Source: a bacterium (GTDB lineage: Bacteria > UBP14 > UBA6098 > B30-G16). From it: DNA of 64,000 bases. This document shows, piece after piece, positions 8,579-17,827 of this stretch (positions are counted from its first letter, which is position 1; each line of letters begins with the position of its first letter). The notes under the pieces are model-generated. The model was given only the letters and a program-made list of their open reading frames with translations, was not told where the DNA came from and searched no databases. Where the stretch lies: the NCBI GenBank assembly GCA_030613005.1, contig JAUWMV010000001.1, forward strand, positions 7,771 to 71,770, read 5' to 3'. The position numbers and the translations under genes are program-made.

Positions 8579-9667
8579 CTATAGATATTTATTATATTTA
8601 CCTTCCGATTTAAGAATATCTATTAAATCACGTATCTGTTGTGTTCGTGTTTTATTCATAACTAATACCACATCATTCATTCGAACAATTACCATATCCG
8701 AAATACCATAAGTTACAATCAACCCATCAAAATCATTTAGAATTGTGGTTTCATATGTATCCTGAAGAAGAAACTCACCATTTCCGATTTGAATGTTATT
8801 ATGATTATCTGAACATAGCACTCTCTCCATTGCACTCCAACTACCCACATCGTCCCATTTGAAACGACTCCAGATTACTCCGACATTTCGAGTTTTCTCT
8901 AATATAGCAAAATCGATGCTTATTGATGGGATGGTTTCGAATGCTTCCTCGATAATCTTGTTAGAGTCGGGCTTATCGAATTCCTCAATATATTTATATA
9001 AGGCTTGAGCAAAATCCGGGAGATAAATATTTGCTTCTTCAAGAATTTTTCCTGCACGCATGATGAAATTTCCGCTATTCCAGAGATATTCCCCCGAAAG
9101 ATAGAACTCTTGAGCTTTTACTCTATTTGGTTTTTCTTTGAATGAGCTAACTTCATAACAGTCAGAATCACTCAGTTCTAATATTTTTTTCCCTGCATGA
9201 ATATATCCATAAGCGGTTTCTGCTCTTGAAGGTTCAATACCCATTAAAATAAGTCTATCAGTTTTCAAGACAGCATCCCTTGCTGATTTGAGTACTGATT
9301 GAAACGCACTTTTAGGTTCAATATAATGATCCGACGCTAAAACATACAAGATACCGTCTCCATATCGTGCAATAATTTCAGCCGCTGCAAGCCCAATTGC
9401 TGGTGCGGTATTTTTTCCTTGAGGTTCTATTATGAAGTTCTCTTTTGGTATTTCGGGATGTGTCTCGGATATTAACTTCGCCAGTTCTGGTCCAGTTACT
9501 ATAAATGTGTATTCGATCGGAACTATATCCAAAGTTCGATTAATCGTTTCTATTAACATTGTATTATTTGAAAGCAGTCTAAGCAACTGCTTAGGCTTAC
9601 GAGATCTACTAACTGGCCAGAATCTTTCGCCTTTACCACCTGCAAGCACAATCACGAATTCTTTCAT
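8579..9667 (-). CDS. manC: Mannose-1-phosphate guanylyltransferase (GDP-mannose pyrophosphorylase).
   Basis: N-terminal VIVLAGGKGERFWPVSRSRKPKQLL nucleotidyltransferase motif. 362 aa. Confidence 0.75.
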   Translation of the reverse strand: MKEFVIVLAGGKGERFWPVSRSRKPKQLLRLLSNNTMLIETINRTLDIVPIEYTFIVTGPELAKLISETHPEIPKENFIIEPQGKNTAPAIGLAAAEIIARYGDGILYVLASDHYIEPKSAFQSVLKSARDAVLKTDRLILMGIEPSRAETAYGYIHAGKKILELSDSDCYEVSSFKEKPNRVKAQEFYLSGEYLWNSGNFIMRAGKILEEANIYLPDFAQALYKYIEEFDKPDSNKIIEEAFETIPSISIDFAILEKTRNVGVIWSRFKWDDVGSWSAMERVLCSDNHNNIQIGNGEFLLQDTYETTILNDFDGLIVTYGISDMVIVRMNDVVLVMNKTRTQQIRDLIDILKSEGKYNKYL

Positions 9668-10053
9668 TTTTTCTCCATTTTTCTAATCCTAAGCTATAGT
9701 TAATGTAGTTTTATGTCAAGCTGGGATATTAGCATTGTCGCAATTTGTATAAGAATCTCTGGGATTTCTTCTTGGTTGTGATATTGTTTGAATAATGAGA
9801 ATGAATTTCTGTTTGATCTTTTTCACTCAGATAATTCTTTTTTCGAAGTCAAGAAGTTCAGGATAATTTTATTTCAGTTCACGTTCGAGAATTTCAGATA
9901 TTAAGGCAACCATGATACTATTATCACTTCAAATGCTGACATTCTATAAAATATAGAATGTTTGTCTCAATTCTGCATTTAATATAAGTTTAATTGGCAA
10001 AAGGACTATAGTTTCGCATTTAATCTATAAATATCGATCTAGGAATTAAAAAA

Positions 10054-10127
10054 TGGCCCAGGATAGAATCGAACTATCGACCTCATGCTTATCAGGCATG
10101 CGCTCTAACCAACTGAGCTACTGGGCC
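10054..10127 (-). tRNA. tRNA-Ile (anticodon GAU).
   Basis: Reverse complement GGCCCAGTAGCTCAGTTGGTTAGAGCGCATGCCTGATAAGCATGAGGTCGATAGTTCGATTCTATCCTGGGCCA folds as a cloverleaf. Anticodon loop CTGATAA. 74 nt, CCA not encoded. Confidence 0.9.
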
Positions 10128-10134
10128 AAATTAA

Positions 10135-10207
10135 TGGAGGATACCGGGCTTGAACCGGTGACCCCAAGCTTGCAAAGCTTGTGCTCTCCCAGCTGAGCTA
10201 ATCCCCC
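10135..10207 (-). tRNA. tRNA-Ala (anticodon UGC).
   Basis: Reverse complement GGGGGATTAGCTCAGCTGGGAGAGCACAAGCTTTGCAAGCTTGGGGTCACCGGTTCAAGCCCGGTATCCTCCA. It carries the G3:U70 Ala identity pair and anticodon loop TTTGCAA. Confidence 0.9.
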
Positions 10208-10426
10208 GTGGTATTTTAAATATCACATAATTCCTGAATTAACTCAACATAAACACAAACGCAAGACAAAAAATATTTATTAGAATAAGTGAGTCAACAC
10301 CTTTTTTATTTTACCAGAATAATATTCTTTAATGATATATATATGGAAAAAATAAAAAATAATCTAAATTAATTTTAAATATTTATTGACAGATTAATAC
10401 TCAATTAATTAATTGGATAGTTTAAA

Positions 10427-10499
10427 AGGCCTGTAGCTCAATTGGCAGAGCACCGGTCTCCAAAACCGGGGGTTGGGGGTTCAATTCCCTCCGGGCCTG
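10427..10499 (+). tRNA. tRNA-Trp (anticodon CCA).
   Basis: AGGCCTGTAGCTCAATTGGCAGAGCACCGGTCTCCAAAACCGGGGGTTGGGGGTTCAATTCCCTCCGGGCCTG. Anticodon loop CTCCAAA. It sits in the classic position upstream of secE-nusG. Confidence 0.9.
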
Positions 10500-10630
10500 G
10501 TTTTATCGGTTTTGCCGAGGAGGGAATTTTTTGATTTAGCAAAGTTACATTTAGTAACTAATATTTTTAACGTTTGAATTGCATAATTCGAATTCTATAC
10601 TTGTTGTTTTGAAATATAAAAGGAGAACAT

Positions 10631-10813
10631 GTGAAAAAGATCAAACAGTTTATATACGAATCCTGGCTTGAATTTAAGAAGGTTCGATGGCCATCGCGTA
10701 GTGAACTGATTGAACTTACAGTCGCCGTTATAACTGGGACATTAATATTAGCGTTCTATGTCGGTTTGGTCGATTGGATTTTCGGTTTTGTTATAGGAAA
10801 AATTTTACCGTAA
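10631..10813 (+). CDS. secE: Preprotein translocase subunit SecE.
   Basis: 60 aa with a single C-terminal TM helix (LTVAVITGTLILAFYVGLVDWIF). GTG start with RBS AGGAG. Position between tRNA-Trp and nusG. Confidence 0.85.
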   Translation: MKKIKQFIYESWLEFKKVRWPSRSELIELTVAVITGTLILAFYVGLVDWIFGFVIGKILP

Positions 10814-10895
10814 AGAAATTACTCTAAATGTGTTCAAATTCTGTTTGACTTTTTCGATTGATTTATAATAAGCATAATTTGGGAATTTTTATTTA

Positions 10896-10922
10896 TTCCG
10901 TATGATACGGAAATATTTTTTT
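10896..10922 (+). terminator. Stem-loop followed by a T-run between secE and nusG (partial terminator or attenuator).
   Basis: TTCCGTAT-g-ATACGGAA palindrome (10896-10912) followed by ATATTTTTTT. Confidence 0.35.
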
Positions 10923-10951
10923 GAAAAGTAATTAAACAAGTGTAAATAATT

Positions 10952-11551
10952 GTGATAGATAAAACAGAAATATTAGAAGATCAAAGCTCCGAGAACGAAG
11001 ATAAAATTGATAATCCGGATGCTAAGTGGTTCGTTATCCATACCTTGTCCGGTCAGGAGGAGAAGGTTAAGAGATTTATTGAGAACACTGTTAAGCTTAA
11101 GGGTCTTGAGTATTATATTGTCGAGGTGATTATTCCCACTGAGGATGTTGTTGAGATGCGTCGTGGAAAACGAAGAACTGTAGCTAAGAAATTTTTTCCC
11201 AGTTATATGATGGTTCGTATGGTTCTGATGAAGGAGACCGAAGGATTCATTAGAAGTGTTCCTGGGGTTACTGGTTTTATTACAGTTGGTGACGAACCAG
11301 TTCCTCTATCTGAAGAAGAAGTTGACAATATTATGCGTAAAACTGATAAAACTATAACAGTAGAAAAAATTGAAATTCCTTTTTCCGAAGGCGATCCTGT
11401 TAGAGTTATCGATGGTCCATTTAAAGATTTTGCTGGTATGGTTAGTGAAGTTAATAGAGAACGAGGTAAAGTTAGAGTTATGGTTTCTATTTTTGGTAGA
11501 TTAACACCTGTCGATGTGGATTTTCTTCAAATTAAGGAGGATAAAAAGTAA
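10952..11551 (+). CDS. nusG: Transcription termination/antitermination factor NusG.
   Basis: KWFVIHTLSGQEEKV (NGN domain) and a C-terminal KOW (GDPVRVIDGPFKDFAGMVSEV). Confidence 0.9.
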   Translation: MIDKTEILEDQSSENEDKIDNPDAKWFVIHTLSGQEEKVKRFIENTVKLKGLEYYIVEVIIPTEDVVEMRRGKRRTVAKKFFPSYMMVRMVLMKETEGFIRSVPGVTGFITVGDEPVPLSEEEVDNIMRKTDKTITVEKIEIPFSEGDPVRVIDGPFKDFAGMVSEVNRERGKVRVMVSIFGRLTPVDVDFLQIKEDKK

Positions 11552-11664
11552 ACTTATTAATGATTAACATCATTATAAAATATCGATAATATATTATAAA
11601 TATGTTATAACTGTTAAGATATTGTTTTAATTTAATATTGAAAGACTGTTTATAGGAGAATATA

Positions 11665-12096
11665 ATGGCAAAGACTAAAAAACCTTTGGGAGTTATTAAA
11701 CTACAAATTCCCGCTGGAAAAGCTACACCTGCGCCACCTGTAGGACCTGCTCTTGGTCCAACTGGAATTAATATTCCTGAATTTTGTAAGCAATTCAATG
11801 TGAAAACTTCCAAAATGGGGGAATATATTATTCCTGTTGTTATTTCATATTACAAAGATCGTTCATTCACCTTTATTACTAAAACACCTCCCACTTCTGA
11901 TTTGCTAAGAAAACTAGTTGGAATTGAAAAAGGTTCTGGTGAACCTAATAAAATGAAAGTAGCTAAAGTTAAGAGAGAGAAAATAAGAGGAATTGCTCAA
12001 CAGAAACTTAACGACCTTAACACTAAGGATATGGCTCAAGCTATAAAGATTGTCGAGGGAACCGCCAAGTCTATGGGCATTGATGTCGTGGAATAA
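11665..12096 (+). CDS. rplK: 50S ribosomal protein L11.
   Basis: [37 protein letters not shown] is near-invariant L11 sequence. Confidence 0.95.
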   Translation: MAKTKKPLGVIKLQIPAGKATPAPPVGPALGPTGINIPEFCKQFNVKTSKMGEYIIPVVISYYKDRSFTFITKTPPTSDLLRKLVGIEKGSGEPNKMKVAKVKREKIRGIAQQKLNDLNTKDMAQAIKIVEGTAKSMGIDVVE

Positions 12097-12165
12097 TTTA
12101 AAGGTTACCACACCTTTAAAAGCCAATATAAGGCTCAATAAATGTGGAAGCTCACAGGAGGAGCA

Positions 12166-12864
12166 ATGAATAAAAAAGGAAAGAAATATCTTACAACTCA
12201 AGAGAAGTTTGATAAGAATAATATGTACCCGCTTGATAAGGCTATCAATCTTGTAAAGGAATTATCTTACGTTAAATTTGACGAGAGCATTGATATTGCA
12301 GTCAGGTTAAATGTAGATCCCAGGCATGCAGATCAAATGATTAGAGGAACGGTTATACTCCCACATGGAACTGGAAAAACAGTTAAGATCTTAGTTTTTG
12401 CAAAGGGTGAAAAAGCTACTGAAGCTCAACAAGCCGGTGCAGATTTCGTCGGTCTCGAGGAGATTATCGAAAAAATCAAAGATGGATGGCTTGAATTTGA
12501 TGTGGCTATTGCAACTCCTGATGTTATGAGCCTTGTGGGTCGGTTGGGTAAAATTCTTGGTCCAAGAGGTCTCATGCCAAATCCGAAAGTTGGAACGGTT
12601 ACTAATGATGTTGTAAAAGCTGTCAAGGAAAGTAAGGCTGGGAAAATTCAGTATAGAGTTGATAAAGCGGGAAATATTCATGCACCAATTGGGAAGGTTT
12701 CCTTTGAATTAGATAAGATTGAAGGGAATGCACACTCTATTATAGATTCTCTTATACAAGCAAAACCTTCTACTATTAAGGGTCAATATATTAAAAATAT
12801 TTCTATTTCTTCGACAATGGGTCCAGGTATTAAAGTGGATATTTCTGATGTACTTAACCCGTAA
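12166..12864 (+). CDS. rplA: 50S ribosomal protein L1. The start is chosen at the ATG preceded by GGAGGAG; the ORF track extends to 12142.
   Basis: KKGKKYLT…[25 protein letters not shown]…[14 protein letters not shown]. Confidence 0.9.
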   Translation: MNKKGKKYLTTQEKFDKNNMYPLDKAINLVKELSYVKFDESIDIAVRLNVDPRHADQMIRGTVILPHGTGKTVKILVFAKGEKATEAQQAGADFVGLEEIIEKIKDGWLEFDVAIATPDVMSLVGRLGKILGPRGLMPNPKVGTVTNDVVKAVKESKAGKIQYRVDKAGNIHAPIGKVSFELDKIEGNAHSIIDSLIQAKPSTIKGQYIKNISISSTMGPGIKVDISDVLNP

Positions 12865-12883
12865 TCCTATGAGGAGTTTGAAT

Positions 12884-13402
12884 ATGCTTAGAAAAGATAA
12901 AGAAGTTATTCTTCGAGACTTAATTGAGGATTTCAAAGAATTTAACGTTTTTTATTTCACAAATTACAAAGGGCTTAACGTTACTGATATGACAACTCTA
13001 AGAACCAAACTTAAAGATGCTGGAATTAAGCTTAGGATTGCTAAGAATACACTGATAAGAGTTGCTCGAGAGGAATTAAAAATTTCTTCAATCGATATAA
13101 AGGTTCTTCAGGATAATACAGCTATCATAATGAGCAAAGATGACCCAATTGCACCTGCTAAAATTATTCGAAATTTTATTAAGGAACACCAGAAGCTATC
13201 TATAAAAGGTATTTTATTGAACAATGAATTCTATAAAGCCGATAAATTCAATCATTTTGCATCACTTCAAGGAATGGATGAATTGAGAGCAAAAGTTGTT
13301 GCTTCTATTGCAGCTCCAATTACTGGATTAGTATTTGTGTTGTCTGGTCTCCTTAGAGGACTTGTTTCACAGGTCGATCAGCTTTCTAAAAGGGAGGAGT
13401 AA
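12884..13402 (+). CDS. rplJ: 50S ribosomal protein L10. The start is chosen at the ATG after RBS GAGGAG (12871-12876); an alternative ATG at 12848 overlaps rplA.
   Basis: MLRKDKEVILRDLIEDFKEFNVFYFTNYKGLNVTDMTTLR is L10 N-terminal sequence. Confidence 0.85.
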   Translation: MLRKDKEVILRDLIEDFKEFNVFYFTNYKGLNVTDMTTLRTKLKDAGIKLRIAKNTLIRVAREELKISSIDIKVLQDNTAIIMSKDDPIAPAKIIRNFIKEHQKLSIKGILLNNEFYKADKFNHFASLQGMDELRAKVVASIAAPITGLVFVLSGLLRGLVSQVDQLSKREE

Positions 13403-13500
13403 CCCTTTTTAAAGATTTTCTTTTTAATTACTTCTTAACTGAAATGAATTAATTAAGATTATATTGATAATTAAGTTACAAAAATAATAGGAGGAATGTT

Positions 13501-13893
13501 ATGGATTTGAGTCCCAATGTACAAGGAGTAATCGAACAGATCGAGAAATTAACTGTACTGGAGCTGTCCGATTTAGTTAAGGCATTGGAGGATAAGTTTG
13601 GAGTATCTGCTGCTGCTCCTGTTGCTATGGTTGCTGCATCTGCTGCAGATGCTGCACCTGCTGCGGAAGAAGAAGTGCAAACTGAATTTTCCGTTGTCTT
13701 AATTGGAATAGGTGATAAAAAACTTCAAGTTATTAAAGAAGTTAGAGCTATTGCTGGTCTCGGTCTAAAAGAAGCTAAAGAATTTGTTGAGGGAGATCTA
13801 CCCAAGGCTGTTAAGGAAGATATTCCAAAGGCTGAAGCCGAGCAGATTAAGAGCAAACTCGATGCTGTTGGTGCAAACGTGGAGATTAAGTAA
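13501..13893 (+). CDS. rplL: 50S ribosomal protein L7/L12.
   Basis: An Ala-rich hinge [22 protein letters not shown] and a C-terminal KEAKEFVEG…[15 protein letters not shown]. Confidence 0.95.
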   Translation: MDLSPNVQGVIEQIEKLTVLELSDLVKALEDKFGVSAAAPVAMVAASAADAAPAAEEEVQTEFSVVLIGIGDKKLQVIKEVRAIAGLGLKEAKEFVEGDLPKAVKEDIPKAEAEQIKSKLDAVGANVEIK

Positions 13894-13926
13894 TTACTAT
13901 GTATAAGTTGGGAATAATTTGATGAT

Positions 13927-13964
13927 ACAGGAACCTCCTATATTACACAGAGGGTTTTTCCTGT
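13927..13964 (+). promoter_or_regulatory. rplL-rpoB intergenic stem-loop (attenuator or processing-site candidate).
   Basis: ACAGGAA…TTCCTGT outer stem with an inner CCTC…GAGG stem. There is no following T-run, so it is not a strong intrinsic terminator. Confidence 0.35.
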
Positions 13965-14018
13965 GTATTAATGATTTTAAACTTAATCAAACCCATTAAA
14001 TGAGAGGTTTGAATCCTA

Positions 14019-17000
14019 ATGGAAGCCAAACCAATTATAAAGAGAAAAAATTTTGAAAAAGTTTCGTCGAGGGTTGAAATGCCCAACCTTCTTCAGGTTC
14101 AATTGAGTTCTTATGAAAATTTCCTCCAAAAAGATGTAGCACCTGAAAAGCGTCTTCCCCAGGGGCTTCAGGCAGTTTTTTATGATGCTTTTCCTATCGA
14201 GGACATTTATAAAAAATATGAACTCCAATTCGTATCTTATAATGTTGGTCTTACGCGATATACTGTAGAGGAATGTCGGATTAGAAATCTGACGTATTCA
14301 ATTCCTTTTAAGGTTAAACTTAGACTTGTTGAGTATGCCGAAGCACAAACTGAAGAGAGAAGGATCAAGGAAATCCGCGAGGATGAAGTTTATCTGGGTG
14401 AACTTCCTCTTATGACACATGTAGGGACATTCATAATAAACGGAGCTGAGCGTGTTATCGTTACACAACTTCATCGATCACCGGGTGTGTTTTTTGACGA
14501 AACTATTCATCCAAACGGAAAGAGAATTTTCTCCGCAAGATTGATTCCTCTGCATGGATCATGGCTAGAAATTCGATTTGATGTTAGGGATGTTTTACAT
14601 GCTGTGATTTCTTCTCGCAAAAAAGTTCCTATTACAACTCTTCTCAGAGCTTTTGGTTTTGAAAAGGATAGGCAGATTATTGAACTGTTCCATGAAGTTA
14701 CCGAATTTAAGTTGACTGACGAAAAAATCGATGATGCAATTGGTTCATATTGTGCTGAGCAGATTGTAGATACGCAAACCGGTGAGATAATTATCGACAT
14801 CGGACAAATTCTTAGCGTTGAGGATATTGAGAGGGTTAAAAGTCATGATATAAAAAAAATTGCTGTTGTTATTCCATCTTACCCGAGAATGATTCCAATT
14901 ATTTTTAACTCTTTGAAAGCAGACCTAACTGAGACAAGACTCGAAGCTGTGCAGGAAATATATTCGGGTATTCGTCCCGGAAATATTGTAGAATCGGGCA
15001 AAGAGGATCAAATTCTTTCTGAATATCTTTTTAGTATTAAGAGATTTGATCTTGGTGAAGTTGGACGTTTTCGAATTAATCAACGTTTGAAATTGGATGT
15101 TCCACTCGATGTTAGAGTTATTACAGCGGAGGATTTTATCTCAACAGCAGCATATCTTATTGGTTTAAGACATGGTGAAGGATTTACCGATGATATTGAC
15201 CACTTAGGTGTCAGGAGAGCCCGATCTGTTGGTGAACTTCTCGCTAATCAGATTAGAGTTGGATTTGCTAGGATGAGTCGAACTGTCCGAGAACGAATGC
15301 GAACTAGAGATGTTGAAACAATGACTCCAAGCGATCTTGTAAATGCGAGGATTATTTCAGCAGTGATTAATTCTTTCTTTGGTTCTTCACAGTTATCTCA
15401 ATTTATGGACCAAACAAATCCAATAGCTGAACTTACTCATAAACGAAGGCTTTCTGCATTAGGTCCTGGTGGATTAACTAGAGAACGTGCAGGATTTGAA
15501 GTTAGAGATGTTCATTACACACATTATGGTCGTCTTTGTCCAATTGAAACACCGGAAGGACAAAATATTGGTCTTATAACTTCACTTGCTACTTACGCAC
15601 GTATTAACTCATACGGATTCCTAGAAACACCATATATAAAAGTTAAAAAAGGTGTTTTAACAAATAAAGTTGTCTATGTTACTGCAGATGAAGAGGATAA
15701 ATTAAACATTGCTCAATCATTTGTACACATGGATGAGAATGGAAAAATTTTATCTGAGAATGTTATCGTAAGAAAACAAGGAGATATTGTTAATGTTAAT
15801 CCTCAACAAGTAGATTTAATCGATGTATCTCCTTCGCAAACGGTAAGTATAACCGCTGCCCTTATCCCGTTCCTCGAGCATGACGATGCCAGTCGTGCGC
15901 TTATGGGCTCAAATATGCAAAGACAGGCTGTTCCATTACTATTTACTGAACCGCCAATTGTTGGTACAGGACTGGAATTTAAGACTGCCATCGATTCTGG
16001 TTCGGTGATTACTGCAAAGAGAGCAGGAAAAGTTGCCAGAGTTACGTCTAATGTCATTGAGGTTAGACCTCTTCAGGATGATTTGGATGATGACTCGCTT
16101 TTAAAAGATGTTGACATTTATCCTTTAATTAAATTTCGAAGAACGAACCAAAATACAATGATTAATCAAAGACCACTAGTTAAGGTCAATGATATTGTTG
16201 AAAAGGATCAGGTTATAGCCGACGGTGCAGCGACAAGCAAGGGTGAATTAGCATTGGGTAAGAACATTCTTGTTGCATTTATGTCGTGGCATGGATACAA
16301 CTTTGAGGATGCAATTATAATTTCAGATAGGTTAGTTCAGGATGATATTTTCACATCTATTCATATTGAGGATAAAGAAATGCAGGTTCGGGAAACCAAA
16401 ATGGGACCAGAGGAACTTACAAGAGAACTGCCTAACGTTTCTGAGGAGGCTGTTAAAGATCTAAGTGAAAATGGGATTATAAGGATTGGAACTCATGTTC
16501 AGCCTGGAGACATATTAGCAGGTAAAGTTACTCCAAAAAGTGAGATCGAACTTACACCAGAAATGAGGCTTCTTAAAGCTATATTCGGCGAACGTGCTGG
16601 TGATGTTAAAGATACCTCTTTAAGAGTACCACCGGGTATTGAAGGTGTTGTTATTGATACAATTTTACTATCTCGAAGAGGTTACTCAGGTGGTAGAAGG
16701 CGTGAAAAGGAATTGCTAAAGCAAATGGAACAACATTACAAAGAAGAAATCGATTCTATTAAAAATCGTAGGGATTCGAAAATTCGTAAACTAATTGTTG
16801 GATTGAGAATTAACAGTTTAATCTCTGCTAGCACGGGTAAGCCTGTAATCTCCGCTGGATCGAAGATTTCAAAACGTTTTGCAATAAGACTAAATGTCGA
16901 TGATGTTTCTTCATCATCCTTCTGGACTGATGACGAAAAAACTAATATTCGTATTAGAAAAATTATTGCACAAGCCTCGAAGTTATTTACAGAAAAGGAA

Positions 17001-17798
17001 CAAGAATTCGAAATTGAACGAGACAAAGTAAGCAGAGGTGATGAACTTTTACCCGGTATTATACAACTCGTTAAGGTTTACATTGCGATGAAGAGAAAAA
17101 TTTCTATTGGTGACAAAATGGCGGGTAGACATGGGAATAAAGGTGTTGTCTCGATTATTGTTCCAAGAGAGGATATGCCTTATTTAGAAGATGGAACACC
17201 AGTTGATATAATATTAAATCCATTAGGTGTACCCTCAAGAATGAATATCGGACAGATACTTGAAACGCATCTTGGCTGGACACTTAAAGAAAAGAATCAA
17301 TATTGTGCTACTCCTGTTTTCAATGGTGCAAACGTTAGAGAAATTAAAGAGGATCTAATTAATGTTAATAAACCTGCATCAGGTAAAGTTAGGATTTGCG
17401 ACGGTAAGACCGGTCCAAATTTCCCTGAGGAAGTTACTGTTGGTCAAATTTATATGATGAAACTTGTACATCTTGCAGACGATAAAATTCATGCAAGGTC
17501 TATAGGTCCATATAGTCTTGTCACGCAACAACCTCTTGGCGGGAAAGCTCAATTTGGGGGTCAACGTTTTGGTGAGATGGAAGTTTGGGCTCTCGAGGCT
17601 TATGGAGCAGCATTTACATTACAGGAAATGCTAACTGTTAAATCGGATGATATACATGGTCGATCTAAAATCTATGAGACCATCGTTAAAGGTGAGAATT
17701 CACCGGAACCGGGGATTCCAGAGTCATTTAACGTGCTTGTCAAGGAATTACAAGCACTTTGTATAGATGTTCAATTATTAACAGATGAAGAGGATTAA
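14019..17798 (+). CDS. rpoB: DNA-directed RNA polymerase subunit beta.
   Basis: 1259 aa with conserved RpoB blocks (GRHGNKGVVS, PLGGKAQFGGQRFGEMEVWALEAYGAA). Confidence 0.97.
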   Translation: MEAKPIIKRKNFEKVSSRVEMPNLLQVQLSSYENFLQKDVAPEKRLPQGLQAVFYDAFPIEDIYKKYELQFVSYNVGLTRYTVEECRIRNLTYSIPFKVKLRLVEYAEAQTEERRIKEIREDEVYLGELPLMTHVGTFIINGAERVIVTQLHRSPGVFFDETIHPNGKRIFSARLIPLHGSWLEIRFDVRDVLHAVISSRKKVPITTLLRAFGFEKDRQIIELFHEVTEFKLTDEKIDDAIGSYCAEQIVDTQTGEIIIDIGQILSVEDIERVKSHDIKKIAVVIPSYPRMIPIIFNSLKADLTETRLEAVQEIYSGIRPGNIVESGKEDQILSEYLFSIKRFDLGEVGRFRINQRLKLDVPLDVRVITAEDFISTAAYLIGLRHGEGFTDDIDHLGVRRARSVGELLANQIRVGFARMSRTVRERMRTRDVETMTPSDLVNARIISAVINSFFGSSQLSQFMDQTNPIAELTHKRRLSALGPGGLTRERAGFEVRDVHYTHYGRLCPIETPEGQNIGLITSLATYARINSYGFLETPYIKVKKGVLTNKVVYVTADEEDKLNIAQSFVHMDENGKILSENVIVRKQGDIVNVNPQQVDLIDVSPSQTVSITAALIPFLEHDDASRALMGSNMQRQAVPLLFTEPPIVGTGLEFKTAIDSGSVITAKRAGKVARVTSNVIEVRPLQDDLDDDSLLKDVDIYPLIKFRRTNQNTMINQRPLVKVNDIVEKDQVIADGAATSKGELALGKNILVAFMSWHGYNFEDAIIISDRLVQDDIFTSIHIEDKEMQVRETKMGPEELTRELPNVSEEAVKDLSENGIIRIGTHVQPGDILAGKVTPKSEIELTPEMRLLKAIFGERAGDVKDTSLRVPPGIEGVVIDTILLSRRGYSGGRRREKELLKQMEQHYKEEIDSIKNRRDSKIRKLIVGLRINSLISASTGKPVISAGSKISKRFAIRLNVDDVSSSSFWTDDEKTNIRIRKIIAQASKLFTEKEQEFEIERDKVSRGDELLPGIIQLVKVYIAMKRKISIGDKMAGRHGNKGVVSIIVPREDMPYLEDGTPVDIILNPLGVPSRMNIGQILETHLGWTLKEKNQYCATPVFNGANVREIKEDLINVNKPASGKVRICDGKTGPNFPEEVTVGQIYMMKLVHLADDKIHARSIGPYSLVTQQPLGGKAQFGGQRFGEMEVWALEAYGAAFTLQEMLTVKSDDIHGRSKIYETIVKGENSPEPGIPESFNVLVKELQALCIDVQLLTDEED

Positions 17799-17827
17799 CC
17801 AATTTCTCTCGTCAGAGGTGATATTAA

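Noticed and set aside
10208-10426. A TTGACA hexamer at 10387-10392 as the tRNA-Trp/secE promoter.
   Set aside because: No convincing -10 hexamer follows at 17±1 bp spacing, and the region is so AT-rich that chance matches are likely.
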